Positions 24,850 through 37,900 of a DNA stretch of 64,000 nucleotides are shown one piece after another. Each line of letters opens with the position of its first letter. Positions within the stretch are counted from its first letter, which is position 1. The translations under genes and the position numbers were made by a program. The notes beneath the pieces were generated by a model, which was not told the DNA's origin, searched no databases, and saw nothing but the letters and a program-made list of their open reading frames with translations. The DNA comes from Mobula hypostoma. Lineage: Eukaryota. The stretch covers positions 72,480,001-72,544,000 of the forward strand of contig NC_086097.1 in the NCBI RefSeq assembly GCF_963921235.1, given 5' to 3'.

Positions 24850-25565
24850 AAGCAGGTGGCAAGTAGCATGCAATCTGTGCATCTTGTAGGCAATGACCAT
24901 CTCAATAAGGTAGAATTGACTACCTACTCTTGCCATTCAATGGCATTGCCATTGGCAAATTCCCCTGGGAGGTGCTGGGAGGTGACTATTGATCAGAAAC
25001 TCAACTGGGCCAACCAAATGTATGCCAAGACTGCAACACTATGAGTCTGATTATCCTACAAGTGACACGACAGTGATGTTCCTTCATCTAAAAGGCATAA
25101 ACAAAAAGTGTAATGAAATAATTTAAACCTGTTGAGTGAGCAACACTAGGAAGCTTGGCAACATCTAGAATGTTGAAGCCTGCTTGATTGGCACCTGTTC
25201 CATCAACCTAACTGTTCACTGTCAGTAAGTTGTGGCTACAGTGTGGACCATCTAAAAAGTGCATGATAGTTACTTGACTGGGCAACTCAGAGCACCTTCC
25301 AAACCCATGACTTATGCCATTGAGTCAAAAAGGTGGAATCACTTGGGAATACTGCCACCTACAGGTTTTTGAACTGTCTGACATGGATGTACAGGTGATT
25401 ATTGCTGGATCTAAATCATCGATAACTCTTCCCAAAGTACTTTTCCCGCAGGACTGCAGTGGATCAGGAAGCCAGCTCACCATAAACTTCTCAATGTAGT
25501 TAGGGTTGGGTAAAAAGTACTGGCCTCGGCAATGACATGCACAGCCTGAAGAATAGTTGGGTAAA
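24850..25565 (+). mobile_element. Old LINE (probably CR1 group) 3' fragment
   Basis: Remnant VTIDQKLNWANQ (RT C-terminus); homologous to minus-strand fragments near 2330-2980 and 14740-15480. Confidence 0.55.
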
Positions 25566-26198
25566 TAAAAACTCATTGAAAGTGACTTTAAATTCATCTT
25601 TTTAATTTAAACCATGGGTGCGTGCCTCCCAAACTCTGAGATCAGGAGTATAACAGGGCATTTCTCAGCCACATCCAAACTTAAACTCATTGTAAAATTT
25701 GCAGCCTCAAGGCTTGACAAAAGGTCATCTTGCTCTGAGAGGCTTAAACATCAAATGACAAGAAAAATAAATGTAAATCTGGAAGTCAAATTCAAGATCT
25801 GCTGAGGGCAAGATCAGAGGAAATCAAGTCTGTTGACCAAGAAAATTACAAGAGGTCCAGAAAGCCATCTCACAAGCGGTGGCAATTCCAAACTAAATGT
25901 GATTCAGTGAGGGATGCTTAACAACTGTGGCTTAACACTAAGTGACATTAGTGACAATAGGGCTTCGAGAGATCAGAGATGGAGAGAGTCAGCAACTTTA
26001 AATTCCTTGCTGCAATTATTTCAGAGGACCTGTCCTGGGCCCTGCACATAAGTGCAATTATGAAGAGTTCACGGCAGTGCCTCTACTTCCTTTAAAAACG
26101 CAAGCAACAGGAATTCTGCAGATGCTGGAAATTCAAGCAACACACATAAAAGTTGCTGGTGAACGCAGCAGGCCAGGCAGCATCTCTAGGAAGAGGTG

Positions 26199-26240
26199 CA
26201 GTCGACGTTTCAGGCCGAGGCCCTTCGTCAGGAGTAACTG
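26199..26240 (-). ncRNA. Minimal type I hammerhead ribozyme motif (Penelope pLTR)
   Basis: Minus strand: CAGTTACTC-CTGACGA-AGGGCCTCGGCCT-GAAA-CG-TC-GACTG. Confidence 0.75.
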
Positions 26241-26924
26241 AGGGAAGAGTGAGTAAGGGATTTGAAAGTGGGAGGGGGAGGGGGAGATCCAAAATGATAG
26301 GAGAAGACAGGAGGGGGAGGGATGGAGCCAAGAGTTGGACAGGTGATAGGCAAAAGGGATACGAGAGGATGATGGGACAGGAGGTCCGGGAAGAAAGACG
26401 GCGGGGGGGAGGACCCAGAGGATGGGCAAGGGGTATATTCAGAGGGACAGAGGGAGAAAAAGGAGAGTGAAAGCATTTTAATTCAACATCCCATTCCCAT
26501 TCTGACATGTCTATCCACGGCCTCCTCTACTGTAAAGATGAAGCCACACTCAGGTTGGAGGAACAACACCTTATATTCCGTCTGGGTAGCCTCCAACCTG
26601 ATAGCATGAACATCGACTTCTCTAACTTCCGCTAATGCCCCACCTCCCCCTCGTACCCCATCTGTTACTTATTTTTATACACACATTCTTTCTCTCACTC
26701 TCCTTTTTCTCCCTCTGTCCCTCTGAATATACCCCTTGCCCATCCTCTGGGTTCCCCACCCCCCTTGTCTTTCTTCCCGGACCTCCTGTCCCATGATCCT
26801 CTCGTATCCCTTTTGCCTATCACCTGTCCAGCTCTTGGCTCCATCCCTCCCCCTCCTGTCTTCTCCTATCATTTTGGATCTCCCCCTCCCCTCCAACTTT
26901 AAAATCCCTTACTCACTCTTCCTT

Positions 26925-26966
26925 CAGTTACTCCTGACGAAGGGCCTCGGCCTGAAACGTCGACTG
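26925..26966 (+). ncRNA. Minimal type I hammerhead ribozyme motif (Penelope pLTR)
   Basis: CTGACGA 26934-26940, stem II 26941-26953, GAAA 26954-26957, GUC triplet ending at 26961, stem I partner GACTG. Confidence 0.75.
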
Positions 26967-28044
26967 CACCTCTTCCTAGAGATGCTGCCTGGCCTGCTGC
27001 GTTCACCAGCAACTTTTATGTGTGTTGCCTCTACTTCCTTAGGGGTTTCAGAAGATTCAGCATGATATCTATAACTTTGACTAACTTCCATAGACTGGCT
27101 GCATCATAGCCTGGTATTGAAACACCGATGCCCTTGAATGGAAAATCCTACAAAAAGTAGTGGATATGGCCCAGTCCATAATGGGCAAAACCCTCCCCAC
27201 AGTTCAGCACATCTGCACAGCGCATTGTAACAGGAAAGCAGCATCCGTCGTCAGCAATCCCCATCACCCAAGTCATGCTTTCTTCTTGCTGCTGCCATCA
27301 TAATGAAGGTACAAGAACCTCAGGACTCACACCACCAGGTCCAGGAACAGTTATTATCCCTCAACTATCAGGCTCTTGAACCAGAGGGGATAACATCAGT
27401 TGCTCCGTCACTAAACTTTTCCCACAATCTATGGACTCACTTTCGAGGACTCTTCATTTCATATCCATGATATTTATTGCTTATCTATTTATTATTATTA
27501 TTATTATTATTATTCCTTTTTGTTATATTTGCACAGATTGTTGTCTTTTGCACACTGTTTGTCCACCCTGTGGGAAAACCAATTTCCCCTGGGATCAATA
27601 AAGTATGACTATGACTATGTTGGTGTGGTCTTCCATTGATTCTATTACGGTTATTTGACTTATTGAGTATGCCCACAAGAAAATGAATCTCAGGGTTGCA
27701 TATGGTGACGCATATGTACTTCAGTAATAAACTTACTTTGAAGATCACAAATAAAATGTGATGGTTATTAACAAGGGTTGAGGGCCTGAACCTCTATTTC
27801 CTGAGGACCTGATAATTCTGAATATAAAACGATGATCATTGAGGAGTGGGAACTGTTTGCAAAAATGATGTCCAGCATTTGGATAGTCAGTGTTTTGAGT
27901 GAATGTGGTCAAAATAGCAAAGACAAATTATCTGGAGGAGGAAACAAATTCTCCAGCTTTACAATCATATGTTATCAATGCTCTTTTAATTTCTGGTTTC
28001 TTGTGTTTGTTTGAAAACTCCACCACTGGAAGCTACCAATAAAT

Positions 28045-28585
28045 CATAGAAACATAGAAATCTTGCAACACAATACTGCCCCTTCAGCCCACAATGCTGC
28101 TCTGAACATGTACTTTAGAAATTGCCTAGGGTTACCTATAGCCCTCTATTTTTCTAAGCTCCATGTACCTATCCAGGAGTCTCTTAAAATATCCTATCGT
28201 ATCTGCCTCCACCACCATTGCCGGCAGCCCATTCCATGCACACACCACTCTCTACGTAAAAAAAAAACAACTTATCCCTGACATCTCCTCTGTACCTACT
28301 TCCAAGCACCTTAAAACTATGCCCTCTCATGTTAGCTATTTTAGCCCTGGGAAAAAGCCTCTGACTATCCACACGATCAATGCCCCTCGTCATCTTATAC
28401 ACCTCTGTCATGTCACCTCTCATCCTCCGCTGCTCCAAAGAGAAAAGGCTAAGTTCACGCAACCTATTCTCATAAGGCATGCTTCCCAATCCAGGCAACA
28501 TCCTTGTAAATCTCCTCTGCACCCTTTCTATAGTTTCCACATGTTTCCTGTAGTGAGGTGACCAGAACTGAGTGTAGTACTCTAG
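28045..28585 (-). mobile_element. 5'-truncated CR1 3' end with (TTCTATGT)n-type tail
   Basis: ORF 28184-28540: IERVQRRFTRMLPGL..YENRLRELSLFSLEQRRMRGD..VYK; tail ATAGAAACATAGAAA on +. Confidence 0.93.
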
Positions 28586-31500
28586 GAATCATGTTCTGAA
28601 ATTTTTCCCAAAAGCTCCCTGCCTCTTCAAACACTCCTCAGAACCTACCTCCTTATACCAAACAACAGTAAATAGTTTTTTATGTAAATCAGTGCCAAAA
28701 TGAATTTGATAATAGTTCAGCAAAGTGACTTGAGACTATGCTAAATTTGGAGTCAAGTCACTGCATTTGAGAGTGCAATTGTGACTAATGTTAAAGTGCC
28801 TTAGTTTGGAAATGCTGTATTGCCAGATGTGCTACCTTCTGGATAAACCGTGGAAAGAAGTTTCTATTTAATCTCCGGGTCGCTTTAAAAGATCCTATTT
28901 CACTTATTATAGAAGCGAAGAACGATCCTTCTAACTAAATAATTATTTTCGTCTTTATAACCCGACTGTTATCTCCAAGGTGGCTGCTAAGTTTCTCAGT
29001 ATTACAGTTCTGAACTAGCTACTACTCATTACGTTAAATATTACAATATTGTGATGAAACAGATGTCTCAAATATTTTGTGATCAAGTATTACCAGAATT
29101 GATATTCTCAGTCAGAACTTACTGATCAATTTTATAATATCAGTCATCTGAAGGGCGAATGAATGTAAGGATATTCTTCAGATAAACAATCCTTTGCTTT
29201 CTGATGGATCTTTATATCAGTTATTAGTCCACAAAATAAGTATGAGTCCTTGGAGTCTAAAATGTACTAATAATATCAAGATATCACTCAAAGTCTCTTG
29301 GCAATGAATGTTACACTTCAAAATGGTATGCAAAATATTTGACATTTCACAAGATGTTTAAAAGCATTTAGCGTTAAACCATTTTTGTGCATGTTCCACT
29401 TAAGGAAAACCAAGGCAATAACTCTATTTACACTTCCAATGTGTGGGTAGTATTGTTCAAATAAAGTTAAATAGGATATTTTAGTTGGCCAACGATACTA
29501 CTGGAATTCAGACTGCTAACACAACATCTAAATAGCTACAAATTATTTTATTGGTCAATGCTCTTGTGTGTGACATGAAATAATTCAGTCAAAAACTTGA
29601 TTTATTAATTGTAACTTGATTCTTCCTGTACAGGTCTTGTAGAAAACAAATTACATTCCTTGCCTATGCTTAAAAATTGATCCTCTGCTGTATCTGCAAT
29701 GTCCTCAGTTCTCATGCAGCACCAGCCTTAAACAAAACCTATTCTGGAATTGCTGGTTTATCTTGGATTTTGAAATATAAAACAATTTCAAGATCGTGTG
29801 TTTAAAGTGTACTTTTTTGAAAGATTATTAAAAACAAAGGTAGGACCTAACTGTAATGTGCAAGAAGAGGTTAGAAATAAATGCTGGTTTATTTGTTCAT
29901 GCTAGTTATTAAAAATAAACTTAATGAATTTCAATTGAAAATCTCACATCCAGAAAATTCTTTCTATCTGCCTTTTCAAGTTGTTCCCATGAGTAAAATT
30001 TTCTACAAAAATTCCTGAAGAAAATTCCTTCTATCTTTATTTAGAAATAACCTATTGCACTTTTATGTTTCAAGCAGACTGGGAACCATTTTGGGCAGAA
30101 GCATGAGCAATGAGGAACTCTAAGAAGAAAAGCTTTTTTTTAAGTAAATCTGTATGGTATATTTTAACGCCTTTGCAGCCATCAGCAGTGAAATATTTCG
30201 AGATCACAGCTGATTAAATTCAAATATGAAACATTACTTAGTATGAAAGGAATAGGGCAATTGCAGATGACTTTACCAACCCGATAAGTGCTAAGATTTT
30301 TCTGAAGGTATTTTGTTACTGACATAACGTGAAGTTGTTTGCTCTGATCTCACCACATGGTCTGCAGCCAGCAAATGCATATCAGGAAGTTTTTGAGAAA
30401 ATCAGAAGCAAGAAGTAAAATGGAATCCCTAAACAAGCCACAGCATGGGTTTGTTTGTCTCTTTTTGTTGTCCTACTTCCAGTTGCCAGCTGGATTCCTC
30501 TTTTAAATTGGGCCTTGATGTTGAAATAAAAGAATATAAATCAATGTTTCTTTCTCACATACAATACAGACAAACAAGCAGATTGGGCCCAGTGTTTCTC
30601 ACAGATGTACTGAGAAGAGTCCTTACTTTGTATAATGTTTACAAAAGTTGTAATAGCATCTGTTCAGAATGCTCTCCTTCCTTTTGAAAGGATTACATTA
30701 AGCTATGTATTTGTCATATCTTCTGAGTCCAGCTACAAATATTATTTTCAATAATTAGCCTTTTGGCAGTGCAGTCTTGCTTGACAGTTTTTGGAATACA
30801 ACATTCCAGATGTAAATATTCATACTTAGAGATTACCTCTTGGATTACTTCCATAAAGAAAAGCTAAATGAGAGGGGAAAAAAGCTTCAAACAAATTGTA
30901 TTGTGTGGATATGCTATCACAGACGTGGTTAACAGGGCAATCAGTAAAACGTTCATACTTGATATTTATCTATGATTAAAAAATATAGGGTTGACAAATA
31001 TTTCCATATAATTCTTCAATTTTTAGATGAATGTCGATCAACACCCAAGGCTTAGTCCAAAGTAATAAAGAATGCAGAAACCATTCATTTGATTTCAAGA
31101 CTAAATTACTTTTTCAAGTTAACAAATTCCATGATAATAAGTTACTGCATACAATAATGTAGCATGTTTCTTTTTACCTTCTCATTTGCTTTACAGCTAA
31201 CCTTTAAACAGCAAGGTCAAAGAAAAAATTGTTGGGCTAAATTATCATGTAATCTGTTGTGTTGGTGGTCGTTAAGCTCTGGATGATGACCAGTGCTAGA
31301 GCAGGAGGATCATTCACAGAACAGAATAACAGAGAGGGCTTTTGTTTACTGAGACTTTGGGACTAATTCTAGGAAAAGGTGGGAAATATATGAACTGAAT
31401 AGATGGTATCCCAGCAGCACTGGAACAAGTAGCTTTGCAGGGTTTGGTACCACTGCTGAGATGGTTTAGAAGAAGTTCATAGGGGAGAAAAGCATGGTAG

Positions 31501-32952
31501 GATATGGTTGGAAGTCAATTAAAAAAAAAGCTGATGAAATAGCAGGAGTACTATGACAGTATTTTACATGAAGATGAAAAATAATGTGCCAGCAAAGGAT
31601 GTAAATAGGCTCTGAGCACAACTAACCAAAATGTGATTTTAAAATGGCTGGTAATGTTACTCAGTTATTCCTAAGTAAAGGGTTTTCACTCAGGAGGAAT
31701 TAGAAGTGCCTTCCAGTGGTCATGTGAATTTGTGTAAATTCCTTCCAGTCATAGGTCATGCAAAATTAGTAAATGGGTTTCCCCAGAACAGGTCAATTCC
31801 ATCAAATTACAGGTCCATGTAATGTCAATGAAATCAAGGTATTAAGACCAACTAACAATTCCAGCTGAAGTGAAAATGTCAACCAAGTATGAGGAGCAGA
31901 ACTGAGCTCTGAGTTGTTTTAATTTCGCCAGTGGACAGTTTCTTGGTCCCCATCATCCGGCAATGGGTTAGGATTTATTTTTTGTGAGTGCTAATTTTAT
32001 CTATTAGTCTACTGTCAACAAATATATATGAAGAAGTTTCTGAGAAGCTCAGAAGCAAGAGGCCAGTTACAGTGGACGCATTAATTTCCTTAACATTAAC
32101 GGGAACAGAAATAGTAGAAACTGCAGAGGAGTCTGGAATTATTTTATTGCATACAAGATAACATCTTAAATTAGTAAATAGCAAGTTTAACTAGTGAAGA
32201 GCCATTTCTTGAAGAGTGCTTTAATAGTGGTGGTGATCATAATTATTTTGGGTTGGCATAATTTTGGAAAGGGTCAAAGTAGATCAAGAGTAAAATTCTC
32301 AACTGAACTGTGTAGTTGAATTTATGCACAAAATGATACTAATCTGCACATAATCTTCACTTCATACTTTTGTTAACCCCTATTATTATCATCATTAGTA
32401 TCCTGATTGATCTCAATAGAGAGATAAGTAATTGTTTTTGCTCATTTACAATCTTACAGCATTGTTGATTCTGTTCAAAGCAACAATTTTACTGAAAATT
32501 TTGGAAGCATATATATTTGCACTAAGGGGCTTTGTTTTATATGGTATCTATAACTTAAATACAATATGTTTGCTATTGGGTCCATCAGCAGCCATCCAGA
32601 AGTTGATAGGAAATCAAAGACTCTAATAATTTATATCATATAGTAGATAACCTCTGTCAACAAATTAAAGACTAAAATTGGTGAATTTTGGGAAATAATT
32701 GAAAATGCGCAGAAGATTATGAAAGCGATTTTAAAAAATCTATATTGACAGAAAAAAGGAGGAAATATGCTAATTAGCTTTTTTTTATTAGTTATTTAAA
32801 TGTACAGCATGATAATAGGCCCTCTAGCCCAATGAGCCTGTGTCATGATTCAATTCTATCAATTGAGCTGGTCATCAGCTGTAACTTGTGTAGAATACAT
32901 ATAACTTGCCACTTATGAACCCATATCTGAGTCTCACACATTAGAGTCAGCT

Positions 32953-33156
32953 ATACTTACTTGGGTCCTTAGCGCCCAGTGGAGCATAGGCCATTGATGA
33001 CCTGCCGCCTTCATCGTCCTCTGAAGTCGATGGTGTGTTTGGGGTTCATCAATACTTCTGCCATCCACTGCATCTGCTGGACAGGAGATTGGCCTGTACA
33101 GCTTCACCAGAGCCCTGTAGGCTGGCCTTACCCATTTCCGTCTCTCATGACGGGAA
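32953..33156 (-). mobile_element. Short RTE-like fragment
   Basis: Minus strand ends ..RGR*RRQVINGLCS..GGCCTATGCTCCACTGGGCGCTAAGGACCCAAGTAAGT, typical of an RTE C-terminus and (AAGT)n tail. Confidence 0.55.
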
Positions 33157-34114
33157 CCTAGGATTGGATTTTGAGAGGCAGTGTGAGCTATCTCTATTAG
33201 GAATTCATAAGGTAAATTGACTCTTTAAATGTCTCATTGGATTTGTGTTTTGCATTGTTGATGCTTTAGGCTGTATTGTAGAAAAACTAATGACTTCATC
33301 TGAATTACTGCATGTTTTGCTACTTAGCTACAAAATCAAAGATCATTTATGAATGAGCTTTAGTCATAGACTGTAAAACTGGAACAGTTCTGACTGCACC
33401 GGCATTGCAATCAGACTTATACTCTTAACCAATGTAATTTGAAGACAGTGTGGACATTGCCATAGTGTATTATCCAGCAATGATATGAATGTTAGATTTT
33501 TACTGAACTGTGTCTCTGCAAGAAGTAATTCTATATGTTACATGATATCACTAACATCTCTATTACTTCCTTGAGATCCAATCATTATTGTTCATCAGCT
33601 GCAACCTTCTATCATTGCTCTGTCACAAAAGAGAAGCAATTATGTACTTGGAAAGTTTGATGTGGTTCAAGACTCTCTGTTAAGGCTTTCTGCCACTAAT
33701 GAACTTTGCTGACTTGGTTTTGGATTTCCAGAAGAGATTATTTTGTACACGTATGTGAGAAAATAAGTTGCCATCAAAAGACCAATAATGGGTTTAGTAA
33801 AATAAATCTCTCTCATTAAACATTCAAAATCTACCATTTTTATATAATATGTACATTTGTAAGAAGAGAAAATTAGCAATAAAATTATATATTATTTATG
33901 CTAGTTTTAGAATGCCTTGTGGGGAAATGGAAGGGAGAGGGAAACATAACAGAACTACAAGGCTTTGGGGAAGAAGAAACAGATAAATTAACTCAAGGCG
34001 GTATAGACAAAATGTTAAATATGTAATAATATATAAATATAGAATACCAGTAAATTTACTGTATTTTACTGATAAACAAGCATATTTTAATCAGGTGAGA
34101 TGACACCTGTGGAA

Positions 34115-34940
34115 AGATTCAAGATTCAAAGTATGTCTATTATCAAAGTATGTATGCAGCATACAACCCTGAGGTCTGTCTTCCCCACAGACAGCCACAA
34201 AACAAAGAAAGCCATTGAATCTATTCAAAGAATATGCATTAACACCACCCCCCCCATTTTAAAAAAGAACAAATTATGCAAATAACAACAAAAAAACAAG
34301 TGAAAAACAGGGAATATAAAACATAAAAGCGAAAGAGTACAGGCATATTCAGTTCAGCTCAGTGTTCATTATTTGCAGGCCACCCCAATTCAAAATAGCC
34401 CAAAATAGAAACCAAAGAAGGAACAACCAAGTACCAGAAACATGTCATAATAAGAACTACAGAGCCCAATCAACAAATCGTGTCGATGTAACCTTGTCCA
34501 AGACCCAGGGCTCCAACTCTATCCTCTGACAGCACCAAGGTAAAGAGAAACCAGTCAAATGCATGGACCCTTCTTCAGGAGCAACACGCGAGAGGAAGAG
34601 GCTAGCAGTCGCAAGTGAGAGGCTGGTAGACCGCGCTGAACACTTGCTTGCCTTCCGCTCATGCCCTGATGATTTAAATCTTCCTTGGTGCTTTAATCGG
34701 GGAGGTGGGCAAGAAATTGAGTCAATCGTTTGCTTGTACCCCGTCTTCAGGCTTCTTGGCCTCGAGGGCATACACTTTGCTTGAAATACCCTTGGAAACA
34801 GCCAAGCAACCAGAACACTCAATCAGTCCAAAACACACAGCACCAAAATGTTGACAACAGGCTCTAACAGTAGCAGGGCCACATCTGAAAGAAAAAGAAG
34901 TTGTAAGAGAAGTGAAAGACGTAGTTTCATGAACCATTTA
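34115..34940 (-). mobile_element. Non-coding retroposon with Rex/Babar-like 3' tail
   Basis: Tail AAGATTCAAGATTCAAAG followed by ATACAACCCTGAG, shared with the Rex-type 3' UTR at 27685-27740; GC-richer body with no recognisable ORF. Confidence 0.6.
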
Positions 34941-37900
34941 GAAGGCAGATAGAATTAAGGTTTCAGACCAATGAGCTTCAGTCAAAACTAGAAAGTGTAG
35001 AACCTGCAACTGTCTTTAAGGTATATCTAGAGATGAGACAAGACAGCAGGGTAGAATGTACAAAGGGATACGGTGACGGGAGGAAGGACTAAATGGTTGA
35101 TGGCACATGGACAGCATCCTGAAGCATTGGTTTATTTCTGCACTGGACAGAGGTCCACACTGACATCTTATACAAATGCTATAGACTTCGCTCTGACATC
35201 TTATACAAATGATGACACCTCTAGTTTCAACCACTGGAGGCAAGCTGATGGGGAAAGAAAAGTTTCAAGAAATTTTGTCTGAACAGTACCACATAGATCC
35301 AGCTAGGTTCAAAGGTGTTTTATTTTCCAGTCCTTCTCCGAATAATATGGACAAGATCATTGAAGAATAAACTGCTTTTAGCTTTGGAAGTTTGAGTAAC
35401 TCTAAATCCCAAGGTCCTAGCATTATAAGCTTTGATTTCCATGAATGTGGAAATTAAAGGTCTTCCTTAATTAAATTAACCTTTGGAAATTAGCTTACCT
35501 TGTTTGAGAATGACATTGTTACGTTGGATAATTTAGGAGCGGTAAAGTACAGCTGCTGTGACTATTACAGACAACATCTTCAGGGGATCCGCTAATTCAA
35601 AGTTGACCTTCCTCTAATAAAAACCAAGATGGCCTTTAAATATCAGAAGTGCTGTAATTTAACTTCAAAAAATAATTGGACCCACAGTGGCTGATTGGCA
35701 TTTCCATGTCGGCACCAGTTGATTTGTTTGCTGGGTAGGGAGCTTATGACGGTGTGAGTTTGGAGGAAAATTAGGAGACCTGACAGAAGATTGTTGCAAG
35801 TTCCAACAGAAAAAGATCATCAAATTCTAATTCAAAAAGAAATATTTTGAGGATGTATTGACAATACACCATCATATTGAAATGTCCTATTTAATGTTAT
35901 TTAGTGCTTCATGAATCATTGATTTAACGGTGTTCCTATGTTATCAATAAAGGTTTCCCTGTCATGTTACAAACAACAGATTTGACAAGTATTTGTGCAT
36001 TCTTAAATATGAATTTAGTTGCAAACATCTGCATTCTTGTAGTGTATCTTGTGGCTATTATAACAAACTAAAGGGCAATTAGATTGCCTTTCACCAAATG
36101 GAGTGTGAGAATATTGTTTAGGTAAGCATATAAACAAAAGCCCATCTCAAATAATCATGTTTTTAAATACAGCACAATGTTTGGCCAAAGGAAGATTAGT
36201 TGGATTCAAACCCCAGACAAATCTATCTACTCACATCTTAAATTCATTTTATGTATTAGTTTTGTTCATTAAAATTTTTGGGGTGATGGTGTATAAAAAG
36301 AAATCATGTTGCTTGGCAGCTGAGAACAATGATGTAAGAATTTTGTACTAGCTGTGAGCCTGTAGCTGATGTTCATAGCAACTGATGTCTTTCGTTTTCT
36401 GGAACTGCCTTGCCATGCTGTACCATCCGGATCCAAAAGGCAGTGCATGGAGTTTGCATCTCATATAATTTAATGTATTTACATGGGTATGGGTTTTGGT
36501 AATTGTTTAAACCATACAGACCATCAAATCGTGATGGCTGTCAATGCTGTCACTAATAAAAGTCAAATAAACAATTAACACATTATAAAATTTACTTCAA
36601 ACACTCTAAAACAGAGATACTTAAAAATATTAAAGCAACATCAGTTAACTTAAAAAGAAATAATTACTATTATACTCACCTTTCTCCCTCAGAACTATTA
36701 CTCTTCATTCAAAAAAATATGCTCACTCTTCTTCCATTTGCTCTGATCAGGCACAAGTTCAGCAGACAGATTCCACAAGATAATAACTGGGGTACTGCAG
36801 CTGTTTGTTCTCCATTGCTGAACTCCATGTGGAATCTAACACTGGAGAACAGATGGGAAATTGCCATCTGAGCTCAGCCACAATGTGTGGCAATCCTAAA
36901 CTGCCTGATGCTTAACTCAGGTAAATAATGACTATCCAACAAGGAATTTCCAGCACCTCACCTCAATGTTACAGTTGGTATACAATGCAATGAATTTAAA
37001 TGTTCATAAGAGAGTCATTCTCTCTCCTGCCACTTTGCAATGCAAGTCTGCAATCTTAAATGCTCCTAGGTAATGAAGTTATTTTTAAAAGTCAATTTCT
37101 GTTTACATGGCCGCCTTCTCTACATGTAGTGCTGAAGGTTTGTATTCTTTGATAAATTGATGTGCCTTTTGCAATTGTGGGAACCAAATAGGTTAGTACA
37201 CAAATTCAGATCAATAATAAACAAATGCTTCTGATCTTCATTAATATCTGTAACAATCCTTATTACAAAGTGATCTGAAAACAAGCTTCATCTTCAGCTT
37301 TATGAGAGTTTGCATCATATTCAGTATGGTGTTGCTGACCTTCAAGTTCAAAAGGTAGGCACAGGCTGTGAAATTTAGTTATCATATAAACTTCAACTAA
37401 CTTCCACCAGAAGCTGCCCCATTGAATTGGAATATGCTCAAAGGAGGATTTGAATCACTGTAGTTGTGAATCAGGATCGATACTGAAGCTTTTCAATAGG
37501 ATTACTCAAAATGAGTATGTGGTTAATTTAAGCAGTACAGCATGCTGAGCATTATAATGGAGTCATGGAGTGTGTTGACATTGCTCCATGCCTGAAATTC
37601 TCCAGAGGGAATGTTTCACATCAGTACTACTCCAAAGGCCATGGGAAGTACAGTATGGGAAAGCCTATACAAAAGATAATCTTGGCCCTTTTTGGAAATT
37701 GATACAAAATCTTGGGAGCCAATGTCTTGCCTTTTTTCTTGGTGAGGGATGGCATGTACAAAATAAGAGAAGATATTTAATTTTAAAAAAACAGTTTCTC
37801 AGTTTTTTGTGGTTTTGCTCAGCCATCACTAATTCACACATTTGAGTTACGGAAGTAATGTCAAAGATATACAAAATAGGCACTTCATTACTTGAAGCAC

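Larger units (their letters stand above)
26093..27025. mobile_element. Penelope-like element: inverted pLTR arms around a GIY-YIG C-terminal fragment; 15-bp TSD
   Basis: TGCCTCTACTTCCTT at 26078-26092 and 27026-27040; arms 26137-26470 and 26695-27028 are near-perfect reverse complements; 26471-26635 (+) reads KHFNSTSHSHSDMSIHGLLYCKDEATLRLEEQHLIFRLGSLQPDSMNIDFSNFR*. Confidence 0.93.
25965..27745 (+). mobile_element. Rex1/Babar-type LINE 3' part, split by a Penelope-like insertion
   Basis: MERVSNFKFL..IISEDLSWALHISAIMKSS, and after removing the insert RQCLYFLRGFRRFSM; 3' UTR with (ATT)n and tail AATAAACTTACTTTGAA. Confidence 0.85.

Noticed and set aside
26092..27065. Several 70-138 aa Pro/Ser- or Gly/Arg-rich ORFs
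   Set aside because: Produced by the purine/pyrimidine-skewed pLTR and mirrored by the inverted repeat; not genes.
28724..28762. Small hairpin AGTGACTTGA..TCAAGTCACT
   Set aside because: A 10-bp stem with no supporting context; plausible by chance in 64 kb.
35160..35211. 19-bp direct repeat CTGACATCTTATACAAATG x2
   Set aside because: Only two copies with a 14-nt spacer; a local duplication, not CRISPR or an array.
36672..36800. Strong minus-strand donor AG|GTGAGTA at ~36673-36681
   Set aside because: Upstream sequence gives no recognisable coding exon or convincing acceptor.
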